DNA of 48,694 nt from a virus (IMGVR_UViG_3300030523_000008:1-48694); one strand, 5' to 3'. Positions 27,100-36,280 are shown, counted from the stretch's first letter. Numbers and translations are program-made. The notes: generated by a model from the sequence alone, not told the origin.

Positions 27100-27921
27100 T
27101 CAGGCTGCTTGCTTGGGGGATGTGATCTTTTGGATCAAAGCACCGAGATCTGGTTTTTCAAACAGGTCGAGACGACCCGATCGATCCTTGGCCGGATAGC
27201 CGAATTCGTTAGGTTGCTGACAGATGAGGGCGCGGATTGGTGGCTTATCGTCTTCGAACGCAACAAGCTGCATTGTGATGATCTGATCGACGATACCCGG
27301 CAATTCACGCCCGGTCTTTGAACCCTCGATTTGAAGCTGCCACGTCTGTCGCTTGAACTCGTCCGTCACGAGTTCGAGAATGCCGACGAAGATGACGTTC
27401 TTTGCTCGCGCGTGCTGAAGTTGCGTGATCCACGCTATCATTTCTCGCCCGAGAATCCCGTAGGCGCCGCGTGTATCGGGCTTGCCGTTCGCCGCAAGCG
27501 CATCGGGTTGCTGTTGAGACCATCGAAAACAAAGACGGGCCGCCACTGTGATGGAGTCGATGAAATAGGTGGCGTAACGGTCCAGGCTTGGATCGACGTC
27601 GCCATCAGCGCAATCCTTTTCATGATCTTTCAGCGCCTTCTCATAATGTGCGGTGCTGTAGCAGGCCTCGGGTGGAAACGAAGGATTAGGACCGCCCAGC
27701 AGCACTGCGATATCGCGGCACTCGGGCCAAGTCTTCGGTCGCCATGTATCGACGGGAACATCTTGAACGCTGAGGTCGCCGGCCTCTAGGTCGACAAACA
27801 ATGTCGTCTTCGGATCGATTGTCTTGAGCAGGGATGTTTTGCCGACCCCGTAAGGTCCCGTAATGAGGGCCTTGACGCCACGCCCTCCCGCGGCTCTTTC
27901 ATCGGCGGTGATTATGCGCAT
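27100..27921 (-). CDS. AAA_24/Sak4-like ATPase
   Basis: GPYGVGKT, DLEAGD, FIDSIT, PGIVD, AKDRSG. Confidence 0.9.
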   Translation of the reverse strand: MRIITADERAAGGRGVKALITGPYGVGKTSLLKTIDPKTTLFVDLEAGDLSVQDVPVDTWRPKTWPECRDIAVLLGGPNPSFPPEACYSTAHYEKALKDHEKDCADGDVDPSLDRYATYFIDSITVAARLCFRWSQQQPDALAANGKPDTRGAYGILGREMIAWITQLQHARAKNVIFVGILELVTDEFKRQTWQLQIEGSKTGRELPGIVDQIITMQLVAFEDDKPPIRALICQQPNEFGYPAKDRSGRLDLFEKPDLGALIQKITSPKQAA

Positions 27922-27994
27922 GTTGTTGATGCTTTCTGCTGACTTTGCCCATTTTGGAGCGCCGCAGACCGGGCCAGCCGGCGACGAAACTGGT

Positions 27995-28495
27995 TCAGGT
28001 GACCACCACCTCACGTCCGATCCGCTCAGCCCCATAGCGGGCCAGGAGCGCGGCTTCGGCGCGGTTGTGATCCTTCTTCCGAGCGAACTGGTTGGCCACG
28101 GCCGGAAAGATCCTGTTCGCCATGGCGCGGGCCGCTTCCTTGCCCTCTTTGCCGCCATGCAGGCTCAGGTCCCGCTTCCATTTCGACGGCGTGACAAGGT
28201 GCATGGGAACACCGCAGGCGGTCACAGCCGCCTTCGCCGCGGAATAGGCGGCACCGAACCGAAAGGCCTGCATGACACCATCGGTCGGCATGGGGCCAAC
28301 CTGTTCGATCAGCGCGGCTGTCGGCCTCATCTGCCGAATACGGTCGATGAGCGCCGAAACGTTCACTTCGCCGCCAATCACCGGCATATCCTCGACTGCC
28401 ACTCGCTCGGGATTGGACGGAAAATAGAAAGCGATACCGCCTGTGAGGCCAGGATCTATAGCCATGAAGCAGGCTGCGATTGGCGCGGTATTCAT
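27995..28495 (-). CDS. RuvC-like Holliday junction resolvase
   Basis: AIDPGLTG, IEQV, VTP..WK, DHNRAEA.L. Confidence 0.88.
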   Translation of the reverse strand: MNTAPIAACFMAIDPGLTGGIAFYFPSNPERVAVEDMPVIGGEVNVSALIDRIRQMRPTAALIEQVGPMPTDGVMQAFRFGAAYSAAKAAVTACGVPMHLVTPSKWKRDLSLHGGKEGKEAARAMANRIFPAVANQFARKKDHNRAEAALLARYGAERIGREVVVT

Positions 28496-28791
28496 GCCGC
28501 CACCCCGTCGAGGAACCGCACCCGCGCCAGCGACACCGTCATGCCGCCGACCACGCGCTCGACCGCCGTGACGCCGAAGCTCGCCGCGAGCGGAACTGAC
28601 CGCGCGGGTGTGCTCAAGTCGCTGCCCTCGTTATTCCGAGGCCGCGCGGGGATGAGCCCGCGGTGTCGTTCCCAGATCTTCCAGACTTGGGGCTTCGTGA
28701 GGCCGTAGTGGGCTGCCACAGTCGCGGACGGCGCGGACCAGCGGGCCGAGCACACGGCCGCAATGAGGGCCGGTGGGAACATGGCGCTCAT
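28492..28791 (-). CDS. Hypothetical HTH-like protein
   Basis: VAAHYGLTKPQVWKIW; coupled. Confidence 0.6.
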   Translation of the reverse strand: MSAMFPPALIAAVCSARWSAPSATVAAHYGLTKPQVWKIWERHRGLIPARPRNNEGSDLSTPARSVPLAASFGVTAVERVVGGMTVSLARVRFLDGVAA

Positions 28792-29300
28792 GGCCTTGCC
28801 TCCCCGTCCGCCATCCGCATCTCCAGGCTGTAGAGCCTGCAGCGACCGTCGCGGCCCTGGCGTACACGCCCGGCCGATAGAAGCCGCAGGGCCGCGCTGA
28901 GGACGGCGCCCCGAGAGGCGCTTGGCATTCGGGACAACAACTCGTCCACGGTCCAGATGTGCTCCGGCCGCGTCTGCAGGACCGCCAACAGCTCAGTCTG
29001 CCGCGGGCTCGATCCCGTCGTTCCGCTCGCTGGGTAGCGGCCCTGCGGCACCGCAAGCCCATTCCGCGCGGCATGGACGCGGACGCCATGCAAGACGGTT
29101 GCGTGATCCCGCCCGCCGATCCGCCGCGCGATGTCCGAATAGCTTGCGCCGGTCTCGGCCCGTGCCCGGTACATGGCTTCTTGTCGTGCCTGTATCTGCG
29201 GCAGGAAGCGGCTCGGCCCCACGATGCTGGCGACCGACAAATCGTGCGCCGCCGCCACCTCGCGCAGGATCGTCGTGATAGGGTGCCAGGCGAAGGTCAT
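28788..29300 (-). CDS. DnaA C-terminal-like HTH protein with a second wHTH
   Basis: ARQEAMYRAR..SYSDIARRIGGRDHATVLHGV. Confidence 0.85.
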   Translation of the reverse strand: MTFAWHPITTILREVAAAHDLSVASIVGPSRFLPQIQARQEAMYRARAETGASYSDIARRIGGRDHATVLHGVRVHAARNGLAVPQGRYPASGTTGSSPRQTELLAVLQTRPEHIWTVDELLSRMPSASRGAVLSAALRLLSAGRVRQGRDGRCRLYSLEMRMADGEARP

Positions 29301-29716
29301 GCGGCCCTCGCGCATAGCTCGCGCACCCGCGCCTTGTCCTCGACCGAGAGGCGGTAGCCGATGAAGCGCTCGGTCGTGATCGTGATGCCGTGCGGCTTGA
29401 GCGCCACGCGAAGGTGACAGATCGCATTCTCGACAGCCGTGCGGTCCCGGCCATCGTCGATTGGCGCCTCGGCGTCCATCGCCCCCAGACATTGTCGCAC
29501 CGTCGCAACCGCGAACCGCATCAGCGTCGCCAGCACGATGCGCTGCAGGCGAGGCAACCCGAGCGCCGCGATGTCCGGCACGCCGGCCCGCAACGCCTCA
29601 CGCAGGGCGTCGTTCTCGGCTTGGAGCCGGTCGTTCTCGACGCGCAGTCGGCGCAGCTCCGGATCGACCGGTGCGGAGCGCGGCGCTGGCGCGGGCAACT
29701 GATGAACGAATGTCAT
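29297..29716 (-). CDS. Coiled-coil plus winged-helix (OmpR-C-like) protein
   Basis: ICHLRVALKPHGITITT..IGYRL. Confidence 0.8.
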   Translation of the reverse strand: MTFVHQLPAPAPRSAPVDPELRRLRVENDRLQAENDALREALRAGVPDIAALGLPRLQRIVLATLMRFAVATVRQCLGAMDAEAPIDDGRDRTAVENAICHLRVALKPHGITITTERFIGYRLSVEDKARVRELCARAA

Positions 29717-30090
29717 GCGGCCCTCACTTCGCGATGCGAGACGCCGGCGGCGTCAAGCGCGGCGCGCGCATCCTCGACGGATCGAACGACAGCGACGGTG
29801 TGGCCCAAGCCACGCCAGCGCGCGTGTAGCGCTCGCTGCTCTGGCGTCGGATAGGTGCCGGTGCGCTTCACCTCAAGCCAGACCGTGCGGCCCTCGGGCA
29901 GGATCACCACAAGATCCGGCACGCCCGGCACGACACCGAGCCATTTCAGCTTCGCGGCCTCCCGCTTGCCTCGCAGCCCGCCGTTCGGCACGTGAGTGAC
30001 GTCGGCATCTGGTAGGACGAGTCGCAGCCATTGCAGGATCGCGGCTTGCACCACGTCTTCGCGAGGACCGGGAAGGCGCGCGGCGGTCAT
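29713..30090 (-). CDS. VRR-NUC nuclease
   Basis: HVPNGG..GV.PGVPDL..LEVK..TPEQ. Confidence 0.9.
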   Translation of the reverse strand: MTAARLPGPREDVVQAAILQWLRLVLPDADVTHVPNGGLRGKREAAKLKWLGVVPGVPDLVVILPEGRTVWLEVKRTGTYPTPEQRALHARWRGLGHTVAVVRSVEDARAALDAAGVSHREVRAA

Positions 30091-30094
30091 TCAG

Positions 30095-30523
30095 TCACGC
30101 CGCCTCGGTTTCGACCACCGAAAGTGCCGGTGCCGCCGTTCGCCCGAGCCCGATGGACTTCGCCAGTTCCGTGCGCTTGACGGAGTAGTTCGGTGCCACC
30201 ATTGGGTAGTCGCTCGGCAACCCCCACTTGGCCCGATAGTCCGCGGGCGTCATGCCGAGCTTGGCGAGATGCCGTTTCAGCGACTTGAACCGCAGTCCAT
30301 CGTCGAGGCAGACGAGATAGTCCGGCGTCACCGAGGCCTTGATCGACACGGCCGGCTTCGGCCAGACGGTCGCGGGCTCGGGACGTCCGATGTCCACGAT
30401 GGCGTGATAGACGCTGCGGATGAGTCCCGGAAGGGCATCGGCCGGCACGCTGTTGTTGCCGACGTAGCCGATCACGATTTCCGTGGTGAAAGATAGGTTT
30501 TCGTTATACTTTAGCGGGTCCAT
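30095..30523 (-). CDS. mucR: MucR/Ros family regulator (H-NS-like)
   Basis: IV..YV.NN.V..LP.LI.SV; PAVSIKASVTPDYLVCLDDG..FKSLKRHL..YRAKWGLP.DYPMVAPNYS..R..LAK..GLG. Confidence 0.93.
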   Translation of the reverse strand: MDPLKYNENLSFTTEIVIGYVGNNSVPADALPGLIRSVYHAIVDIGRPEPATVWPKPAVSIKASVTPDYLVCLDDGLRFKSLKRHLAKLGMTPADYRAKWGLPSDYPMVAPNYSVKRTELAKSIGLGRTAAPALSVVETEAA

Positions 30524-30561
30524 TTGTTGTTCTCCTGTCGGAAGGTTGAGGATGGCGTCGA

Positions 30562-30771
30562 TCACGGCTCCGCCAGCGGTTTCAGCAAATCCTGGTGGAC
30601 CCACTTGCGGATTTCGGTCCCGTCCCGGCGGATGCCGATGTGGTCGCCGTCCCGTGCGATGACGGTCCAGGGATGGCCCGCGAAGGTGATGGTCTCCGGT
30701 CGCGCCCCGACCTCGACGGAATGGCCGTTGGCACGGAGAGGTGCGCTGAAGGCGGTGCGGCCGGTGCTCAT
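30562..30771 (-). CDS. Small hypothetical protein (SH3-like)
   Basis: In operon; short beta-rich sequence. Confidence 0.45.
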   Translation of the reverse strand: MSTGRTAFSAPLRANGHSVEVGARPETITFAGHPWTVIARDGDHIGIRRDGTEIRKWVHQDLLKPLAEP

Positions 30772-30898
30772 GAGCGGGCCTCGAATTCCTTGGCGCGCCG
30801 CATCCAAGCCTCGTAGGCCCTCACATGCGCGTCAGCTCGCTTCAGCCTAACCCCGGCCCGCCAAGCACATAACAGCCCCATGATGCGGTTTGCGCTCT

Positions 30899-31243
30899 TC
30901 ATGGGCGGCACTCCGAGATCCTGGCCTTGATGCGTTTGGCCTCGGCTTCAAGTTTTGCCTGTTGCTCGACGAGGGCGGCACGCTCCAACGATGGGCATGG
31001 GAATGCCGCTGCGAAGAAGTCGATGCCATAGGCGAAATAGAGCCGCCCCATATGCACGCAGCTCGGCGCGGAGTTGCGCTCAAGCCACTTGCTCACGGTC
31101 GCGGGGGAGATGCCGGTCTTCGCCGAAACCTGTTTGCTGGTGAAATAGGGGTGCTGATGACGCAGAAAGGCGTTGATGCGGTCCGCGACAATTGTCGCAT
31201 CACGCGCCCCAACTAGGCGTTTCTGTAGCCCGGACTGTCGCAT
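30899..31243 (-). CDS. HTH regulator (CII-like position)
   Basis: KQVSAKTGISPATVSKWL..SAPS. Confidence 0.8.
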   Translation of the reverse strand: MRQSGLQKRLVGARDATIVADRINAFLRHQHPYFTSKQVSAKTGISPATVSKWLERNSAPSCVHMGRLYFAYGIDFFAAAFPCPSLERAALVEQQAKLEAEAKRIKARISECRP

Positions 31244-31536
31244 GTCATTCCCCGATGCTTGTGACATTGGGAATGGACTTGAGGAGGTAGTGCTGGAAGC
31301 AAAACGGATCATTCATTGCGCTCCTGCAACGGAGGACGCGCAACTCGATTTGTGGGAACTGCTAGGATCAACTCGCGTCGTGACGGACGCGCTAGGACAT
31401 CGGCTGGTGCCCGCCAAGGCATCAAGCTGCGAAGAGAAGGACCGGAGCGCGGTTGCGCTCGACGGCCAAGTTGCTGATCGCCGGGAGAAGGTAGCGACCG
31501 GATCAGGGAGGCCGCAGGACGCGGCAAAGGCGGGGT

Positions 31537-31680
31537 TCACAGCGCGTCCTCGGGTGGATACCGCAGGAACACGGCCGCGAGGAGAGAGCCGGCGACGATA
31601 ACGAGGCCACATACGGCTGCCTCGACGAGACGGGGCTCAAGCCAAGCTGACAAGATATAGAGGGCGATGGTGTCCATCAT
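31537..31680 (-). CDS. Small membrane peptide (47 aa)
   Basis: MMDTIALYILSAW..VCGLVIVAGSLLAAVFLRY; ATGA coupling. Confidence 0.5.
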   Translation of the reverse strand: MMDTIALYILSAWLEPRLVEAAVCGLVIVAGSLLAAVFLRYPPEDAL

Positions 31681-31844
31681 TCCTGGCCAAGCCTCGTGAC
31701 GGCTTCGTCGTTGCCGAATCGCTCGGTCAGGATCGTCCAGTAGAGCTTGGACAGTCGGTCGTACTGGCGGTTACTATCCCACCAGCCGAGGAGAGCGATC
31801 GCGGCAAGCAGCGACATGGCAATGGCGTAGATCTGCAGCATCAT
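31677..31844 (-). CDS. Small membrane peptide (55 aa)
   Basis: MMLQIYAIAMSLLAAIALLGWW; ATGA coupling. Confidence 0.55.
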   Translation of the reverse strand: MMLQIYAIAMSLLAAIALLGWWDSNRQYDRLSKLYWTILTERFGNDEAVTRLGQE

Positions 31845-31936
31845 CTGCGGTGCCTCGCCATCGCGAGCATCCAGAGGCAGAGCAGGATGCCGTCCAGGAG
31901 CCACCACGCCAGCATGAAGCGCGCGACGGACATCAT
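31841..31936 (-). CDS. Small membrane peptide (31 aa)
   Basis: MMSVARFMLAWWLLDGILLCLWMLAMARHRR; ATGA coupling. Confidence 0.45.
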   Translation of the reverse strand: MMSVARFMLAWWLLDGILLCLWMLAMARHRR

Positions 31937-32136
31937 GGCTCGCGCGCCCCGGGCTGGAGCCGCCAGACCCACACGGAAGAGTCGGCCGCAAGGATAACGA
32001 CGACGCCGGGCTCGGTTTCCCGCAACGCAGCGGCGACGATCCCAGGCGCGCCGCCGTGATGGTGGTAGCGCTTCTCCGTGCCGAGCATGCGGGCCGTCGT
32101 CGGGCTGCAGCCCATGGGCAAGAGCGGCACAATCAT
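31933..32136 (-). CDS. Hypothetical protein
   Basis: Coupled small ORF. Confidence 0.4.
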   Translation of the reverse strand: MIVPLLPMGCSPTTARMLGTEKRYHHHGGAPGIVAAALRETEPGVVVILAADSSVWVWRLQPGAREP

Positions 32137-32360
32137 CGGCGTGTCCCCGCATGCACCGTCATGGCCGGCCCGCTTTCGATCCGGGCATGGCTCGCGATCG
32201 ACGGCGTGGCGGGCTCGATCCGGTGGCCGTCCTCGGTGCCGCAGTCCACGCAGCGGGGGAACGACGTGCCGGGGCGATCGTGGCACGGGGGCAGGACATG
32301 CAACACCATCGGGGAGCTGCAGGACGGGCAGGATTGCAGGGTGGTGAAGGTGGGGATCAT
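32133..32360 (-). CDS. Small zinc-ribbon protein
   Basis: CPSC..CVDC. Confidence 0.6.
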   Translation of the reverse strand: MIPTFTTLQSCPSCSSPMVLHVLPPCHDRPGTSFPRCVDCGTEDGHRIEPATPSIASHARIESGPAMTVHAGTRR

Positions 32361-32827
32361 GCGGCGCCCCGTTGCTCAGCATAGGCGTGGCAGCATTGAT
32401 CGAAAGTCCAGTCCGGGTTGCTGTCCCAGAACGGAGAAACAGTCGTGTATGCCTCTCGCAAAGCTCTCAGGTGCGCTGCATCATCGTCGATCTGCTTTTC
32501 GCGGATCGCCATAACCCGCTTGAACTCGACGCGGGACAGGTTGCCGGTTAGCCGAATGGCCTGCCCTTCGGCATCGATCGCGTATCCTCGGTGCAATTCC
32601 GGGAAGAGGTCTGACTGGCCGAGCATGGACGATGCACGACTGGCAGCGGGTCCTTGGCTCTGCGCCGTCTTTTTGCACATGCGCCGCGCCGCATCGAAGG
32701 CCAATGCCCGCAGTTCTTCTTCGTCTGCCCGTTCGACAACAAGCGTTGCCGCTTCGGACACTCGGCACGAGCCGTCCCTCTCGGTCTCGGTTACGGCTTG
32801 CGCCACGAGGTCACTCAGCCGCGACAT
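32357..32827 (-). CDS. Hypothetical protein
   Basis: GGGAGG RBS before MSRLSDLV. Confidence 0.7.
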   Translation of the reverse strand: MSRLSDLVAQAVTETERDGSCRVSEAATLVVERADEEELRALAFDAARRMCKKTAQSQGPAASRASSMLGQSDLFPELHRGYAIDAEGQAIRLTGNLSRVEFKRVMAIREKQIDDDAAHLRALREAYTTVSPFWDSNPDWTFDQCCHAYAEQRGAA

Positions 32828-33617
32828 GCTCGCCTCCCGTGATGACGCGCCATTCGGCGGCGGCGGTGGCGAACCACTCTGCCAAGGTGTCCAGAATTTC
32901 GGCCGATACGGCGTGGCGGAGCTGCGGAGAGAATCGGCGCATGGCCGTGGCCGCATCGCCGAGCGGCTCAATGGCCCGCCGCACATCTTCGATGGCGTGG
33001 AACACAGCCGGATCACCCGTGATGGCGGGGGCCTGCCGTGGCGCCTGAATGTCCTCGGGCGACCACGCCTCACCCGTCGGGGTCGGACGGTCGGACGACA
33101 GACGCTCCCGCACGGCTTCGCGGACGGCGGCCTTTGTGGGCTCGGCACCGGAGCGGAGCCGGTCCTCCACTGCGCGCCTCACCACACCAGGATCGGCGGT
33201 TTCCGCATCGCGAATTTGGCGAGCCTCGTGGATGTCCTTACGGGTCAAGCCAATGTCTTCGGCGGTCGCCGGCTTATCGTTCCCTTCTGGAACGATACTT
33301 GGTTGTCCAACCGAAGCGACTTCGCCCCGTCCCTGTGCGGCGTCGTACTCATCTGCCAGTCGCATCTTGGCTTGGCTCTCGATCAGAAGAGCGTCGCCCT
33401 GAGCCCGATAAGCGGCCCCTACCAATTCGTCATGGGCTTGTTTCGCCTTGAGAAGGCGGCCGGTGCGCTTGGCAAGGTCATAGACAACCCCGGCGGTATC
33501 GCGGGCCTCTAAGACTTCCGCTGAAGTGCGCGCATTCGTTAGCGCCAAAGCCGCGCGGTCGATCAGCGCCGGAAGCGTTTCGACTTGAGGTTCTAAGGTG
33601 GCGGCATAGTTGATCAT
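32811..33617 (-). CDS. Phage coiled-coil/HTH hypothetical protein
   Basis: RLADEYDAAQ.RGEV..DIGLTRKDIHEARQIRDAE. Confidence 0.8.
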   Translation of the reverse strand: MINYAATLEPQVETLPALIDRAALALTNARTSAEVLEARDTAGVVYDLAKRTGRLLKAKQAHDELVGAAYRAQGDALLIESQAKMRLADEYDAAQGRGEVASVGQPSIVPEGNDKPATAEDIGLTRKDIHEARQIRDAETADPGVVRRAVEDRLRSGAEPTKAAVREAVRERLSSDRPTPTGEAWSPEDIQAPRQAPAITGDPAVFHAIEDVRRAIEPLGDAATAMRRFSPQLRHAVSAEILDTLAEWFATAAAEWRVITGGEHVAAE

Positions 33618-34012
33618 GCCGGCGCTCCCGCGGGCTCGGGAGCGGGCTGGGCGGGGTCGGCGTTACGGAAAATCCTCTTGGTTTTTCGGATACTCCCAAA
33701 GCGAGCCGTCAGATCGATAGCGATCTCAACTGGAACGCCACTCTGCATCTCTGCTATCGCTTTCAGAAGTTCTGGAGTGGCGAAAAACCATTCACCGTGT
33801 GAGTGCGCGCTGGCAAAAACTTGGTGGATATTGGTCTCAAGAGGCCAGCCACCTGGAATTGTCAGAAGCAACTCTAGCGGAAATGGGGAGCAAGTGTTGT
33901 ACGACTGCAATCGCTTTTGCGGTTCGCAAGATGCTCCGATCCTAATCGGGCCAACCATACCCTTTGGGCGAAGAAAGTAGACTTGATCCGGCTTACGAAA
34001 CCAGTCGACCAT
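33614..34012 (-). CDS. GIY-YIG nuclease, T5orf172-like
   Basis: VYFL..IRIG.S..P.KRL..SPFPL..E..IH..F..GEWF. Confidence 0.85.
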   Translation of the reverse strand: MVDWFRKPDQVYFLRPKGMVGPIRIGASCEPQKRLQSYNTCSPFPLELLLTIPGGWPLETNIHQVFASAHSHGEWFFATPELLKAIAEMQSGVPVEIAIDLTARFGSIRKTKRIFRNADPAQPAPEPAGAPA

Positions 34013-34266
34013 CACGCCACCTGCTCGATGATAGCGGGGCGCGGCACATCGGTGGGCCATTGCGCGTCGGCGGGCCACCTGTCCGACATCCATCCGATCA
34101 GGCGGTCATAGGTGCGCACGTTGAATGAGCTGTCGCGTTCGGCCAGCCGGCCGAAAACCGTGTTGTCGTTGATGGCGCGCTTGCCTACCGTGGCCGGCGT
34201 GATGCCGGTCGCGGCCCTAAATGCCTCGGATAGGTTCAAGAGGTGGATGCGGAGCGTCTCTTCCAT
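34012..34266 (-). CDS. Cro-like repressor
   Basis: Divergent from cI; TPATVGKRA.ND..F.RL..RTYD..W...WP...WP..VPRP. Confidence 0.85.
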   Translation of the reverse strand: MEETLRIHLLNLSEAFRAATGITPATVGKRAINDNTVFGRLAERDSSFNVRTYDRLIGWMSDRWPADAQWPTDVPRPAIIEQVA

Positions 34267-34272
34267 CCCGAG

Positions 34273-34351
34273 ATCATATACGGAAAAATCCGCATGGCGC
34301 AAGCGGGAAAATCCGCATCGCTTCCGAAGCCGGAAAGGCGGATAAAACCGC
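34273..34351. promoter_or_regulatory. OR operator region (three GCGGA-N4-TCCGC-like palindromes) and PR promoter
   Basis: acGGAAAAATCCGC 34280, GCGGGAAAATCCGC 34303, GCGGATAAAACCGC 34338; TTGCGC-N18-TATGAT on - strand. Confidence 0.8.
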
Positions 34352-34352
34352 C

Positions 34353-35003
34353 ATGGCTGACAACGACGAACTTCGCGACCGGATTAGGTTCGCCATGGCA
34401 ACGCTGGACGTGGACGCCACCGGCTTGGCCCGCATCCTTGGCCGAGGAAAGGACTACGTGCGCGACTTCATGGAGGGCCGGAAACGGTCGATCGACGCCA
34501 CGTCCCTTCAAATCATCGACCGCGAGATTCGGGATCGTTCCAGTTCCGGGGCGGTTCCGGTGGCGGTCGGCTTCCGCCCGCCACCGGATTTCTTCGGGGA
34601 CCGCGACTTGCCGGTCTACTCCGCTGCCGAGGGCGGGCCTGGCGAGATGGTGGTGTCGACCGAGGCGATCGAATGGGTGCCCCGCCCATGGTTCATGAAA
34701 GAGGTGAAGGAGGGGTTCGCCATCTTGATCGTCGGGGAGTCGATGGAACCGGCTTATGAGCCGGGCGACATGGCAATCGTCAATCCTCGGCTCTCGCCTC
34801 TGCGGAACAAGGACGCCATCTTCACAACTGGCGAACACGGAGGTGTCGCTGGCGGCGAGTTCAAGGCCACCATCAAGCGCCTCGTGCGATCCGATGCAAA
34901 ATCCTGGCACGTCCGGCAGTTCAATGAGCCGAGGGAGTTCGTCCTAGAGCGGAAGGACTGGCCTAAGGCTCTCCGGGTGGTCGGCAAGCTCTCAGGCGGG
35001 TAG
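34353..35003 (+). CDS. CI-like repressor, HTH + S24 peptidase
   Basis: N-terminal HTH; LPVYSAAEGG; GESMEP (Ser) and IKRL (Lys). Confidence 0.92.
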   Translation: MADNDELRDRIRFAMATLDVDATGLARILGRGKDYVRDFMEGRKRSIDATSLQIIDREIRDRSSSGAVPVAVGFRPPPDFFGDRDLPVYSAAEGGPGEMVVSTEAIEWVPRPWFMKEVKEGFAILIVGESMEPAYEPGDMAIVNPRLSPLRNKDAIFTTGEHGGVAGGEFKATIKRLVRSDAKSWHVRQFNEPREFVLERKDWPKALRVVGKLSGG

Positions 35004-35070
35004 CTGCTTTGAATTGACGGCGGTGCCCGTGGCGGGCGGTGGCAAACCGGACTATATAAAGGGAGCACTC

Positions 35071-35229
35071 GTGACACAGGTCGAGCCATGGTCAGCTGCG
35101 AAGGAACCGTCCAAACCGCCGCCGAAGCCACCGCCGAAGCCGCTACCGGAAAGGAAATCGGATCCTCGGCCGGGGCAGGCGAACGACAGTCGGCCGCCGG
35201 ATCCGAAGCCGCCGAGCGACAAGCGATGA
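35071..35229 (+). CDS. Pro/Lys-rich small peptide (52 aa)
   Basis: GGGAG RBS with GTG start; ATGA overlap with next gene. Confidence 0.55.
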   Translation: MTQVEPWSAAKEPSKPPPKPPPKPLPERKSDPRPGQANDSRPPDPKPPSDKR

Positions 35230-35735
35230 CGCCGGAACTGGCGTTGGAAATGAGGCTCCTCCGCAACCTCCGCTACCACGAGGATCGGCAAGGGCACTTC
35301 GACGCCTGGAACCGATGGGCCAACTTTGCCGTGTTGGTGCTTGGCAGCGGGGCGGCGGTGTCTGCGCTCTCGACGCATCCTCACTTTGCAGCCTATGGCG
35401 GTGCTTTCGCCGCTGCGGCTGGCGCGGCGCAGCTCGTCTTCGACTTCGGCGGCAAGGCCCGAACCCATCTGGAACTGCGAAAGTCGTTTGCCCGTCTTTA
35501 CGCCAAATCCGTCCAGGCGGGCGCCGACGTCGAGGCACTGCATGCCGAGATGACGGGCCTCTATGCCGACGAGCCGGAGCTGTTCCACGCCGTCAATGCC
35601 ATGGCCTACAACGCGGCCGAACTCTCCTACGGACGATCGCCGGATGATCTCTTGAAGGTCGCACCCTGGCGCGCCGCGCTGCGCCATTATCTCCGATTCG
35701 ATCCCGCCAACTTCCCAGACGTAAAGCCCGCGTAG
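35226..35735 (+). CDS. Two-TM SLATT-like membrane protein
   Basis: RNLRYH..helix, two hydrophobic segments, ARTH.ELR..F..L. Confidence 0.7.
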   Translation: MTPELALEMRLLRNLRYHEDRQGHFDAWNRWANFAVLVLGSGAAVSALSTHPHFAAYGGAFAAAAGAAQLVFDFGGKARTHLELRKSFARLYAKSVQAGADVEALHAEMTGLYADEPELFHAVNAMAYNAAELSYGRSPDDLLKVAPWRAALRHYLRFDPANFPDVKPA

Positions 35736-35745
35736 CGGGGCCGTC

Positions 35746-36249
35746 ATGAGATATGAGTACAGCCCTTTCGAAGTCGTGGGCAGGTATACCGGCCGTGCTC
35801 CGGTGAACCTTGAGGCGATTGCCCGCGATCTCAACCTTCCCGTTGATTACACTGATCTTGGAGAGGGGATTGCCGGTCATATCCTCAAGGATCGACAGCG
35901 AAGCCCTCGCTCCGGCTTCTTCATCCGCATCAATTCCACGCAACACAGCAACCGTCAGCGGTTCACGCTGGCCCACGAAATCGCGCATTTCATTCTGCAC
36001 CGCGATTTGATCGAGTCTGGCTTGGTGGACGATACGATGTACCGCAGCGAGATCAGTGGCCATTACGAAACGCAGGCGAACCGCATGGCTGTCGATATTA
36101 TTATGCCGAGAGCCTTGGTCAAGCAGGAAGCCCGGAAAGGTCATTCGGACGAGGTGTTGGCACGGATGTTTGGGGTATCCCTTGCGGCCATGAGCATCCG
36201 GCTAGAGGGCATCAAGGCCACCGGCGACCAAGCCGAGCTGCAGATCTAG
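35746..36249 (+). CDS. ImmA/IrrE-family metallopeptidase
   Basis: RQRFTLAHEIAHFILH (HExxH), E.QAN..A..IIMP, LARMFGVS..AM.IRL. Confidence 0.92.
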   Translation: MRYEYSPFEVVGRYTGRAPVNLEAIARDLNLPVDYTDLGEGIAGHILKDRQRSPRSGFFIRINSTQHSNRQRFTLAHEIAHFILHRDLIESGLVDDTMYRSEISGHYETQANRMAVDIIMPRALVKQEARKGHSDEVLARMFGVSLAAMSIRLEGIKATGDQAELQI

Positions 36250-36280
36250 GACGCCATCCTTCCCCATCTCGGCATCCCAG

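Noticed and set aside
32811-33617. DNA methyltransferase
   Set aside because: No DPPW/NPPY or SAM-binding motif in the ORF
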